Below, in pieces: positions 1-8,373 of a stretch of 64,000 nucleotides of DNA. Position 1 is the first letter of the stretch, and each line of letters opens with the position of its first letter. This DNA is from Minisyncoccota bacterium (GTDB lineage: Bacteria > Patescibacteriota > Minisyncoccia > Phycocordibacterales > JABMNX01): the NCBI GenBank assembly GCA_965222715.1, contig OZ244961.1, forward strand, positions 268,609-332,608, read 5' to 3'. Below the pieces are notes generated by a model, which searched no databases, had not been told where the DNA came from, and was given only the letters and a program-made list of their open reading frames with translations. Made by a program: the position numbers and the translations under genes.

Positions 1-219
1 GTATCTAAAGATGAAATCTCAAAAATACAAATGTATTTAAAAAGGGAAGACGGCTGGTATGCTCATTTTTGGGACGGGGACGACGTTGTTGTGGTATTTC
101 GCGATAAAATGTTTAAAATTAAAGCGTCAGATAAATCCACTTGGAAGAACGCTATTGAATATGGCCTTTCAGTAGGGGTACCACTAGAGCAACTAGACTT
201 TTTAATCACTGAGGACTAA
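1..219 (+). CDS. hypothetical protein, 5'-truncated at window edge (C-terminal 72 aa)
   Basis: Open frame runs from nt 1 (VSKDEISKIQMYLKREDGWY...) to the stop at 219. No recognisable motif. Followed by a strong terminator. Confidence 0.4.
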   Translation, partial: VSKDEISKIQMYLKREDGWYAHFWDGDDVVVVFRDKMFKIKASDKSTWKNAIEYGLSVGVPLEQLDFLITED

Positions 220-251
220 TCATTAAATAACGAAGCTTTTAAGTCAAAATA

Positions 252-282
252 AACGCCAAGAGCACTCTTGGCGTTTATTTTG
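252..282 (+). terminator. rho-independent terminator
   Basis: AACGCCAAGAG-CAC-TCTTGGCGTT stem (11 bp) followed by a T-run. A near-identical hairpin recurs at 53762-53792. Confidence 0.65.
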
Positions 283-303
283 TGTGTTACAATACGATAA
301 CTT

Positions 304-1149
304 ATGAGTGGATTCTATAAACCAGATCGAAAAGTTGATTGGAACTATGGTGGTCCACGGTGGCGCCTCTCTCGCTCAAAAATTGACCTCTTTATGGAGT
401 GTCCTCGGTGTTTTTGGATTGATAATAAACTTGGTACTGCGCGACCTCCAGGATATCCGTTTAACCTTAACAGTGCCGTCGACGCCCTCTTAAAGAAAGA
501 GTTTGATATTCATCGCGCTGATAAATCTGCACACCCAATTATGGAGCAGTATGGAGTAGATGCGGTGCCATTTGAACACAATATGATGGACACCTGGCGC
601 GAGAACTTCAAAGGTATTGAGACAAAACATGAATCAACCGGATTCACTATCTCTGGAGCAGTTGATGATATTTGGATAAACCCAGCGGGGGAACTTATTG
701 TTGTCGATTACAAATCAACCAGTAAAGACGCAAAAATCGAAGCACTCGACCAAGACTGGCACATTGGCTACAAACGACAAATGGAAGTCTATCAGTGGCT
801 CTTACGACAAAATGGATTTACAGTCTCAAACACTGGGTACTTTGTCTATGCAAACGCCTCAAAGGATAGAGAAGCGTTTGACGGCAAACTTGAGTTTGAA
901 GTAACGCTTGTGCCATACGAAGGAAACGACTCATGGATAGAACAGACACTCCTTGATATTAAAGCGTGCCTTGATAGTGAAACAATACCTCCGGTGGGAA
1001 ATGATTGCGATTACTGTACCTACAGAGAGTATGCTGGCAAAAAACTACAAAAGATTCATGCAGCAAAACTAGCTTCAACCAAAAAGCCAACAATAAAGAA
1101 AAAAATAGCGGAGAAAGTTGAAAAACCGGAAACTGATTCATTATTTTAA
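304..1149 (+). CDS. Cas4/RecB-like PD-(D/E)XK nuclease with Fe-S cysteines (DUF83-like), stand-alone
   Basis: Nuclease motifs: GAVDDIW, IVVDYKST (motif III D-x-K) and RQMEVYQ (QhxxY). Cysteines: N-terminal CPRC plus C-terminal C...CDYC, the Fe-S arrangement of Cas4/AddB-type nucleases. No CRISPR array nearby. Confidence 0.65.
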   Translation: MSGFYKPDRKVDWNYGGPRWRLSRSKIDLFMECPRCFWIDNKLGTARPPGYPFNLNSAVDALLKKEFDIHRADKSAHPIMEQYGVDAVPFEHNMMDTWRENFKGIETKHESTGFTISGAVDDIWINPAGELIVVDYKSTSKDAKIEALDQDWHIGYKRQMEVYQWLLRQNGFTVSNTGYFVYANASKDREAFDGKLEFEVTLVPYEGNDSWIEQTLLDIKACLDSETIPPVGNDCDYCTYREYAGKKLQKIHAAKLASTKKPTIKKKIAEKVEKPETDSLF

Positions 1150-1151
1150 CT

Positions 1152-1607
1152 ATGCACGGACTAGATAATGAAAAACAAATATTCTTTTACGAACACGATT
1201 TTTATATATTCTCTAACTTCTCCTCTTTTGCAATTGAGTGGAAGGGTGATTTATGGATGACTTCAGAACATGTATACCAGGCTGAGAAGTTTGAAGACCC
1301 TACGATTAGAAAAGAAATACAAGAATGCCGTTCAGCGCACAATGCAATGAAAACTGCCCATAAACACAGAAGCGCCTATAGGGAAAATTGGGATAACTTA
1401 AAATTAGCTGTAATGAAAGAGATTTTGCATACCAAAGTAGAACAACACCCATATGTAAAAAAGAAATTACTTGAATCAGGAGATAAAGAACTTATTGAAA
1501 ACTCATGGAGAGATGATTATTGGGGTTGGGGTCCTAACAAGGACGGCGCGAATCATTTAGGAAAGTTGTGGATGCAGGTACGCGATGAGGTTCGTAATCA
1601 AAAATAA
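1152..1607 (+). CDS. NADAR domain protein (YbiA/DUF1768 family; N-glycosidase / ADP-ribosyl-guanine hydrolase family)
   Basis: Family signatures FYEHDFYIFSNFSSFAIEW and SEHVYQAEKF; C-terminal WGxG region. Start is 3 nt after the upstream stop. Confidence 0.7.
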   Translation: MHGLDNEKQIFFYEHDFYIFSNFSSFAIEWKGDLWMTSEHVYQAEKFEDPTIRKEIQECRSAHNAMKTAHKHRSAYRENWDNLKLAVMKEILHTKVEQHPYVKKKLLESGDKELIENSWRDDYWGWGPNKDGANHLGKLWMQVRDEVRNQK

Positions 1608-1610
1608 AAT

Positions 1611-1859
1611 ATGTTTAAAGAAAAAGTCTTAAACGTAGTGCGCAAGATTCCTAAAGGGAAGACACTTACGTATAAAGAAGTTGCTAAGAAAGCCGGTTCA
1701 CCAAATGCCTTTCGTGCAGTAGGAAGTATCATGAAAGCAAACTACGACGAGACCGTACCGTGTCACCGAGTCATTAAGTCTGATGGTTCGCTTGGTAACT
1801 ACAATCGCGGAGGAGCTAGTGTAAAACAAAATATACTCAAGAAAGAAGGAGCGCTCTAG
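1611..1859 (+). CDS. methylated-DNA-protein-cysteine methyltransferase DNA-binding/active-site domain protein (MGMT/Ogt-like, 82 aa)
   Basis: Active-site motif VPCHRVIKSDGSLGNY retains the catalytic Cys, unlike ATL proteins. Helix-turn-helix region TYKEVAKKAGSPNAFRAVG. Confidence 0.75.
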   Translation: MFKEKVLNVVRKIPKGKTLTYKEVAKKAGSPNAFRAVGSIMKANYDETVPCHRVIKSDGSLGNYNRGGASVKQNILKKEGAL

Positions 1860-2536
1860 TTGCACCAGTCAATCTCTTTTTCCCCGTGTTCTTTTAAGTA
1901 TTCATTTGCGAGTTTGAAATGGTTATTACCAAAAAAACCTCGATGTGCAGAAAGAGGAGATGGATGTGGTGAAGTGAGTACACAGTGTTCAAACTGGTCA
2001 ATAAGTTCTGCCTTGTTACCTGCAAAAGATCCCCAAAGTAAAAAAACAACATTTTCACAGTTTTCTGAGACGGCTTTTATAACCGCATCAGTAAATATAT
2101 GCCACCCATAATCAGCATGGGAATTTGCTTCACTCTTTCGTACTGAGAGTGATGCGTTTAGTAGAAGGACACCTTGTTTAGCCCAGCGAGTGAGATCAGG
2201 GTCGTGATTACACTTTTTGCAGTATTCAGAATCTATTTCTTGAAAAACATTTTTGAGTGATGGAGGGATATAATTTTCTTGCTGAGTAGAGAACGCGAGA
2301 CCGTCGGCAACTCTCGGAGTGTGATACGGGTCTTGCCCTAAAATTACCACTTTAATATCTTCTGGTTTACAGAGTTCAAATGCACGAAAGATTTTCTGTG
2401 GAGAAGGGTAGACTGTTTTCTTAAGATACTCATCACGTACCTTTTGGGTGAGTTCAGTAAAGTACCCCTTTTCAAATTCAGGAGCGAGAAGCTTTTTCCA
2501 TTCTTCCGGTATTTTTACCTGTTCAATATTTGTCAT
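1856..2536 (-). CDS. ung: uracil-DNA glycosylase (family 1)
   Basis: Motifs GQDPYH and HPSPLSAHRGFFG. Full-length 226 aa. Convergent with the MGMT gene and overlaps it by 4 nt. Confidence 0.9.
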   Translation of the reverse strand: MTNIEQVKIPEEWKKLLAPEFEKGYFTELTQKVRDEYLKKTVYPSPQKIFRAFELCKPEDIKVVILGQDPYHTPRVADGLAFSTQQENYIPPSLKNVFQEIDSEYCKKCNHDPDLTRWAKQGVLLLNASLSVRKSEANSHADYGWHIFTDAVIKAVSENCENVVFLLWGSFAGNKAELIDQFEHCVLTSPHPSPLSAHRGFFGNNHFKLANEYLKEHGEKEIDWCN

Positions 2537-2560
2537 GTTTTGTTAGTGTACCTCAGATTT

Positions 2561-3145
2561 GCTATGATTGGTTCTATTATGCACTCAGAAACTATTGAAA
2601 AGGCAATACATAAGGCCTCAATTCTCCACAGAGATCAGGTACGAAAAGGTGAAGATGAGCTCCCATACATCACCCACCTCTTCTCTGTGTTCACTATCCT
2701 TGCAGGACACACAAAAGATGAAGATGTGCTTATTTCAGGGCTTCTTCACGACACGCTTGAGGATACACACTATACTCCAGAGGAGCTCGAGCAAGATTTT
2801 GGTGCACGAGTTCGTGAAATTGTTGAGGGAGTGACAGAAAAAAAAGAAGTTGATGGGAAAAAACTTGAGTGGGGAGAGCGCAAGAAAGCGTACATAGAAG
2901 GACTACGGAATGCATCAAAAGAGTCACTCATGGTTGCGGCTGCAGATAAAACACACAACTTTCGCTCTATTCTTAATGAGTTTGGAGGTAAGAAGCAAGA
3001 ATTTTCAAATCATTTCTCACTTGAAGATCGGGTAAAATTCTATGGCACTATTGTTGAAGTAATTTCAGAGCGACTCGGCGACATTCCACTTGTTCAGACT
3101 CTGCGAGCGACGTATGATGAGTACGAAGCATTCCTAACTAACTAA
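2561..3145 (+). CDS. HD-domain (p)ppGpp hydrolase-like protein (small alarmone hydrolase / SpoT-HD type)
   Basis: HD motif YITHLFSV and GLLHDTLEDT (HDxxED). The ORF track's N-terminal extension to 2444 overlaps ung; an internal ATG at 2561 is used. Confidence 0.6.
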   Translation, partial: AMIGSIMHSETIEKAIHKASILHRDQVRKGEDELPYITHLFSVFTILAGHTKDEDVLISGLLHDTLEDTHYTPEELEQDFGARVREIVEGVTEKKEVDGKKLEWGERKKAYIEGLRNASKESLMVAAADKTHNFRSILNEFGGKKQEFSNHFSLEDRVKFYGTIVEVISERLGDIPLVQTLRATYDEYEAFLTN

Positions 3146-3147
3146 TT

Positions 3148-3567
3148 ATGTGGTTACTTTACGCATTTCTCTCCGCAATTATGGCAGCCCTTGTTGCCAT
3201 CTTTGCCAAACTAGGACTTGAAGATATCGACTCAACACTTGCTACGACTATTCGTGGCATTATCATGGCAGGATTTTTGGTTATTGTGAGCTTTTTCTTG
3301 AATAAGTTTGATGGATTTTCGCTTACAAGTTTTGGTTCAAAAGAATGGCTTCTTATTATCGCGGCAGGTATTGCTGGGGCGCTCTCATGGCTTTTCTACT
3401 TTGTAGCGTTAAAGAGTGGTGCCGCGTCAGGGGTTGTTGCTATTGATCGCCTTAGTATTGTGTTCGTGGTCCTTCTTGCAGCGCTCTTTCTTGGAGAAGC
3501 ACTTGGGTGGAAAGCTGTTCTCGGGGCTCTTCTTATGATGGCAGGAGCTATTTTAATAACACTGTAA
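3148..3567 (+). CDS. EamA-like small membrane transporter (4-TM half-size)
   Basis: 139 aa, four hydrophobic helices, Gly-rich helices typical of the EamA/DUF6 family. Confidence 0.45.
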   Translation: MWLLYAFLSAIMAALVAIFAKLGLEDIDSTLATTIRGIIMAGFLVIVSFFLNKFDGFSLTSFGSKEWLLIIAAGIAGALSWLFYFVALKSGAASGVVAIDRLSIVFVVLLAALFLGEALGWKAVLGALLMMAGAILITL

Positions 3568-3577
3568 TACGTTATAT

Positions 3578-5344
3578 ATGAAAAAAAAGATACACACAGA
3601 ATGGGATTTAAGTCGATTGTATTCTTCTCCCCAAGACCCTCAAATAGAGAAGGATGTACGAAGCGCAGAGCGTGCTTATGCACAGTTTGCTAAAAAACAT
3701 GCTCATACACGCGCGTTTTTAAAAAATGAAAAAGCCCTTCTTGTGGCACTTCAAGATGAAGAACGGTTAGCTGAAAAAGCATCTCTTGGATCAAAGGCTA
3801 TTGACTACTTTGCATATCGACACGAGTTAAATAGTTTTGATACACAAGCAGAAGCTATGATGACCCAACTAAGCAACCGTCTTACAAAAGCTTCTAATGA
3901 AGTACTCTTTTTTGATCTTGCGATAGGCTCTCTTGATGTAAAAACACAGAAAAAATTCCTCAAAAGCCCAATTTTGAAAAAATATCACTATGCACTGAAA
4001 CGACTCTTTCTCGAGAGCGCATACCAACTTTCTGAAAAAGAAGAGAAAATTATGTCACTAAAGTCACTACCCGCGAGTGCAATGTGGGTAAGCGGACGCG
4101 AGAAAGCAGAAAACAAACTCACTATCCCATATAAAAAGAAGTTAGTACCGATTGCTGAGGCACTTAATATGATTGCCGATTTACCCACAAAGGAACGTCG
4201 AGAGGTACATACCCAATGCATGCAAGCGCTTAAGGGTGTATCTGATTTTGCTGAGAGTGAGATGAATGCAGTCTATACAAATAAGAAGATAAATGATGAG
4301 CTTCGCGGATTTAAAAAACCATATTCAGCAACTATTCTTGGCTATGAAAACGAAGAAAAGAGTATCGAAAATCTAGTTACGACAGTGAGTAAAGACTTTT
4401 CTACTAGTAGAGAGTTTTACACCTTAAAAAAGAAACTGCTTAAGCTGAAAGACTTTGGATATGCTGACCGAGCTGTTTCAATTGGTGAAGTTAAAAAGAC
4501 ATTTACCTTTGAAGAGTCATACAACATTCTTCGAGAAATTTTCTATGGACTAGGTAAAGAGTATGGAGAAATTCTTGATCGGTTTGTACAAAATGGGCAC
4601 ATTGATGCATTTCCCAAAAAAGGAAAGAGTGGAGGTGCATACTGTTCGTCTGATCACGCTACCCCAACATTAGTACTTCTCAACCATACCCCTTCATATA
4701 AGTCACTTATGACCTTTGCACATGAAATGGGTCATGCAATTCATTCTGAATTAAGTAAAAAACAGGGAATTTTGTATGAGCACTACACAACTTCGGTTGC
4801 AGAGACAGCAAGTACTTTTTTCGAGGCCGCTGTATTCAATGCTATTTTTGATACACTGTCTCCTAAAGAAAAAGTTATTGCATTGCATGACAAAATTCAT
4901 GGAGATATTTCAACAATCTATCGACAAATTGCATTCTTTAATTTTGAACTTGAACTACATAAAAGAGTGCGAGCTGAAGGTTTTGTATCAAAGGAAGATA
5001 TTGCAAAACTCCTTAATGAGCACATGAAAGAGTACATTGGTCCCTCAATGAAATTTACTGATGATGATGGATATTTCTTTGTAACCGTATCTCATTTTAG
5101 GAGACCGTTTTACGTGTATTCATATACATACGGGCAATTAATCAGTAAGGCACTCTACGAAGAATATCGAAAGAACCCACAGTTTATAGAGAAAATAAAC
5201 AAGTTCCTTTCAGCGGGTGGAAGTATGAGTCCGGAAGATATTTTTGGATCAATTGGACTTGATACACATAAACCAAAAATATTTAAAGACGGGCTTTCAA
5301 GTATTAAACGAGATATAGCTGAGCTTAAAAAGCTCACTCGCTAA
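3578..5344 (+). CDS. pepF: oligoendopeptidase F (M3B metallopeptidase)
   Basis: HEMGHAIH zinc motif. Length 588 aa and overall M3 architecture. Confidence 0.85.
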   Translation: MKKKIHTEWDLSRLYSSPQDPQIEKDVRSAERAYAQFAKKHAHTRAFLKNEKALLVALQDEERLAEKASLGSKAIDYFAYRHELNSFDTQAEAMMTQLSNRLTKASNEVLFFDLAIGSLDVKTQKKFLKSPILKKYHYALKRLFLESAYQLSEKEEKIMSLKSLPASAMWVSGREKAENKLTIPYKKKLVPIAEALNMIADLPTKERREVHTQCMQALKGVSDFAESEMNAVYTNKKINDELRGFKKPYSATILGYENEEKSIENLVTTVSKDFSTSREFYTLKKKLLKLKDFGYADRAVSIGEVKKTFTFEESYNILREIFYGLGKEYGEILDRFVQNGHIDAFPKKGKSGGAYCSSDHATPTLVLLNHTPSYKSLMTFAHEMGHAIHSELSKKQGILYEHYTTSVAETASTFFEAAVFNAIFDTLSPKEKVIALHDKIHGDISTIYRQIAFFNFELELHKRVRAEGFVSKEDIAKLLNEHMKEYIGPSMKFTDDDGYFFVTVSHFRRPFYVYSYTYGQLISKALYEEYRKNPQFIEKINKFLSAGGSMSPEDIFGSIGLDTHKPKIFKDGLSSIKRDIAELKKLTR

Positions 5345-5386
5345 ATTGACGATTGTCTTGTATTCACTACTATACATCCTTTATCT

Positions 5387-6007
5387 ATGAGCAGTTCAAA
5401 AGTCTCTAACAAAAGAAAAATTATTATTGGTATACAGGGTGGTGTGGGTAGCTTTAATGAAGAGGCTTGCCGTTCCTATTGTGAAAAGAACAATATCCTC
5501 AAGTACGACATACGCTACCTATATACCACTGTTGGTGTTCTTAAAGCACTCCATAATAAAAAAATTGATCGAGGTATGTTTGCGATTGAAAATACACTTG
5601 GCGGAACGGTTATGGAGACAATTAACGCACTTTCTCGATACAACTGTAAAATTCTTGACCAGCACTGGGTAAATATTAGCCACACATTGTATGCTCAAGA
5701 GGGAGCAACAATAAAAAGTGTTAAAGCAATCATGTCTCATCCACAAGTATTTGCGCAGTGTAGAAAAACCCTTCTACGCAAATATAAAGATAAAAAATTA
5801 ATTGTTGGAGAAGGGAAGTTGGTAGACCAATCAACAGCAGCCCGAGCCTTGGCAGAAGGGAAGTTACCAAAATCAACAGCTGTTCTTGCGCCACCGATGT
5901 GTCGGGAGCACTACCCAAACCTCACCATTCTTGATAAGGGGTTGCGAGATAAGAAAGATAACCACACCCTCTTTTTATTCGTGGGTCGATTTAATGGTAT
6001 TTCGTAG
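5387..6007 (+). CDS. prephenate dehydratase (PDT) domain protein, no ACT domain
   Basis: IGIQGGVGSFNEEA, IENTLGGTV, SHPQVFAQC and NHTLFLFVGR match PDT domain landmarks. Confidence 0.6.
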   Translation: MSSSKVSNKRKIIIGIQGGVGSFNEEACRSYCEKNNILKYDIRYLYTTVGVLKALHNKKIDRGMFAIENTLGGTVMETINALSRYNCKILDQHWVNISHTLYAQEGATIKSVKAIMSHPQVFAQCRKTLLRKYKDKKLIVGEGKLVDQSTAARALAEGKLPKSTAVLAPPMCREHYPNLTILDKGLRDKKDNHTLFLFVGRFNGIS

Positions 6008-6022
6008 TGTGCTATACTCGGA

Positions 6023-6165
6023 GCAACATGGATCCCGTTAGAGATTACGGTCATGAGATGTATTATAAACAACATGAACAAGGGTCGAGAGCAGATTTAT
6101 AGAGTACTAATTAGACAAGGTGCGTCGATCGTGACCTGTCTCTAACGGGATGGATTTACTTTTTT
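6023..6165 (+). promoter_or_regulatory. candidate structured RNA leader or small RNA (long-range 13-bp stem plus U-run)
   Basis: Promoter-like TTTAAT-N17-TATACT ending near 6016. GGATCCCGTTAGAGA (6031-6045) pairs with TCTCTAACGGGAT (6139-6151) and is followed by TTTACTTTTTT. The 3' arm covers the RBS and start of the 6150 ORF. Confidence 0.25.
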
Positions 6166-6365
6166 GGGGTCTCACACTAGGTATTGTCGGCAAGGTCATT
6201 CTTGGCCTCACTGTAGTTAGTGTGCATTGGAAAATTGTAAAAGAACATAAAATAGATGGCGCCGTCCTCAAGGAAATGCGGAAAGAGCGCAACTTTGCAA
6301 TTGCTGGTATCGTTTTTATGGTTTTGGGATATATTCTTGAGGTGCTGTTTTATGACTTCTTCTGA
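6150..6365 (+). CDS. small membrane protein (71 aa, 2 TM)
   Basis: Hydrophobic ORF immediately upstream of alaS and overlapping its start. The start is sequestered in the hairpin above. Weak support. Confidence 0.3.
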   Translation: MDLLFWGLTLGIVGKVILGLTVVSVHWKIVKEHKIDGAVLKEMRKERNFAIAGIVFMVLGYILEVLFYDFF

Positions 6366-8307
6366 GATACGAGAGAAATATTTTAATTTTATGAAAAAAC
6401 AGGGGCATGAAATAATCCCTTCAGCCTCACTGCGTCCAGAAAATGATCCAACAACGCTCTTTACTGGTTCTGGGATGCAACCACTATTACCATATCTCCT
6501 TGGTGAGAGTCATCCAAAAGGAGTTCGTTTAGCAGATTCTCAAAAATGCTTTCGTGCAGAAGACATTGAAGAGGTTGGTGATAACCGACACACGACCTTC
6601 TTTGAAATGCTTGGGAACTGGTCACTTGGGGACTACTTTAAAGAAGAACAGCTCAAGTGGTTTTTTGAATTTCTTACCAAGGAAGTTGGGCTGGATCCTC
6701 AAAAGCTTTATGTAACCGCGTTTGCTGGGGATACAAGTCTTAATATACCCAAAGATACTCAGTCAGCTGAGATTTGGAAAGAACTCTTCTCATCAGTTGG
6801 AATTGATGCTACTGACGTTGTTGTTGGTTCTGAAGAAGACGGCTACTCACGAGGAATGAAGGAAGGCGAGCGTATCTTTTATTACGACGCAAAGAAAAAC
6901 TGGTGGAGCCGTGCTGGGGTTCCCGAGAACATGCCAGCTGGAGAGCCAGGGGGGCCAGACTCCGAAGTTTTTTATGATTTTGGTACGGAGCACGACCCGC
7001 GCTTTGGAGAGCATTGTCATCCAAACTGTGATTGTGGTCGATTTATGGAGATTGGAAATTCTGTCTTTATGGAATACCTTAAGGAAGACGACGGTTCGTT
7101 TACTCCACTTCCACAGAAAAACGTAGACTTTGGTGGTGGACTCGAACGGATTACTGCCGCTTCGAATAAAAACCCTGACGTCTTTAAAATAGATATCTTT
7201 GAAAAAATAACTACTAAATTAGAAGACCTTTCAGGCACATCAAAGGTATACAATGAAAGTGAAGAGGTGAGAAAATCTTTTAGAGTCATAGCTGACCACT
7301 TTAGAGCACTGATATTTATGTTGGGCGATGGAGTTGTTCCCTCAAAGAAGGATGCTGGATATTTTGTGAGGCGCCTAATTCGTTCAGCAAGGCGCCATGC
7401 AGCAACTTTGGCTATTGATGAAAATAGGCTAATTGAGTTGGTTGATGTAATTATAAAAGAATATGGTCAAGTTTATCCTAACTTGATTAAAAATAGAGAT
7501 CTCATAAATGATTGTGTGGAGAAAGAAATAACTCTCGCAACTAAAGCTATCCAGCAAGCAAATCAAGTAGCGTTACCGTTATTGAAATTAATGGTTGAAG
7601 GTCAGCCAGTACCTCAGTATTTAGATGAAGATGACATGAAGAAGGTGTTTAGTTTGCACGACACTCACGGTATGGCTTTCGATGAAATAATTGAAACAAT
7701 GAATGGTTTAAGGATAGATGCTGGTTTTTCTTCCCTAAACCCCAAACAAGAAGAGAAGATATTAAACAGTCTGAACAAACTTAAAGAAGAACACAGAAAA
7801 GTCTCGCGTGCAGGTGCTGAACAGAAATTTAAAGGAGGTCTTGCTGATCATGGAGAGAAAACGGTGCAATACCACACTGCGACACACTTACTCCTCGCAG
7901 GGCTTCGTAAGGAGCTTGGTAATCATGTACATCAAGCAGGCTCTAATATTACTGGGGAACGCATTCGTTTTGACTTTACCCATCCTGAGAAAGTCGATAA
8001 AGAAGCACAGGCTCGTGTGGAAGAATTTGTAAATAATGCAATCCAAGCTGGTGCACATGTTGAAATTGAGACCATAAAAAAGGTTGACGCTGAGAATGAT
8101 CCAACAGTTGAGGGAAGTTTTTGGGAGAAATATCCAGAGGAAGTAAAGGTGTACACTATAAAAGACGATAATGGTGTTGTGTACTCTCGTGAATTATGTG
8201 GAGGTCCTCATGTAGAAAGCACAAGCGAACTTACAGGAACATTTAGAATAACAAAAGAAGAAGCAAGCTCTGCTGGGGTGCGACGTATAAAAGCAGTACT
8301 TGAATAA
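6352..8307 (+). CDS. alaS: alanyl-tRNA synthetase, short form (catalytic + tRNA-recognition + editing domains, no C-Ala domain)
   Basis: Class II AlaRS core (FFEMLGNWSLGDYFK). Editing-domain motifs HTATHLL and CGGPHV. 651 aa versus about 870 for full-length. Internal ATG at 6352 is chosen over the 6256 extension. Confidence 0.92.
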   Translation: MTSSEIREKYFNFMKKQGHEIIPSASLRPENDPTTLFTGSGMQPLLPYLLGESHPKGVRLADSQKCFRAEDIEEVGDNRHTTFFEMLGNWSLGDYFKEEQLKWFFEFLTKEVGLDPQKLYVTAFAGDTSLNIPKDTQSAEIWKELFSSVGIDATDVVVGSEEDGYSRGMKEGERIFYYDAKKNWWSRAGVPENMPAGEPGGPDSEVFYDFGTEHDPRFGEHCHPNCDCGRFMEIGNSVFMEYLKEDDGSFTPLPQKNVDFGGGLERITAASNKNPDVFKIDIFEKITTKLEDLSGTSKVYNESEEVRKSFRVIADHFRALIFMLGDGVVPSKKDAGYFVRRLIRSARRHAATLAIDENRLIELVDVIIKEYGQVYPNLIKNRDLINDCVEKEITLATKAIQQANQVALPLLKLMVEGQPVPQYLDEDDMKKVFSLHDTHGMAFDEIIETMNGLRIDAGFSSLNPKQEEKILNSLNKLKEEHRKVSRAGAEQKFKGGLADHGEKTVQYHTATHLLLAGLRKELGNHVHQAGSNITGERIRFDFTHPEKVDKEAQARVEEFVNNAIQAGAHVEIETIKKVDAENDPTVEGSFWEKYPEEVKVYTIKDDNGVVYSRELCGGPHVESTSELTGTFRITKEEASSAGVRRIKAVLE

Positions 8308-8336
8308 AAACACCAAAAACTCATGGTGTTTTTTGA
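8307..8336 (+). terminator. rho-independent terminator after alaS
   Basis: AAAACACC...GGTGTTTTTTG hairpin plus T-run. Confidence 0.6.
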
Positions 8337-8373
8337 TTTTTCTACACTAGTTAGTAAGATATGTTTTTAACTT

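Noticed and set aside
6008-6165. T-box riboswitch upstream of alaS
   Set aside because: No T-box consensus (AATTAGGGTGGNACCGCG-like) is present. Kept only as a generic structured-RNA candidate.
6256-6351. N-terminal extension of alaS (start at 6256) proposed by the ORF track
   Set aside because: The conserved AlaRS N-terminus begins at MTSSEIREKYF (6352). The extension overlaps the small upstream ORF.
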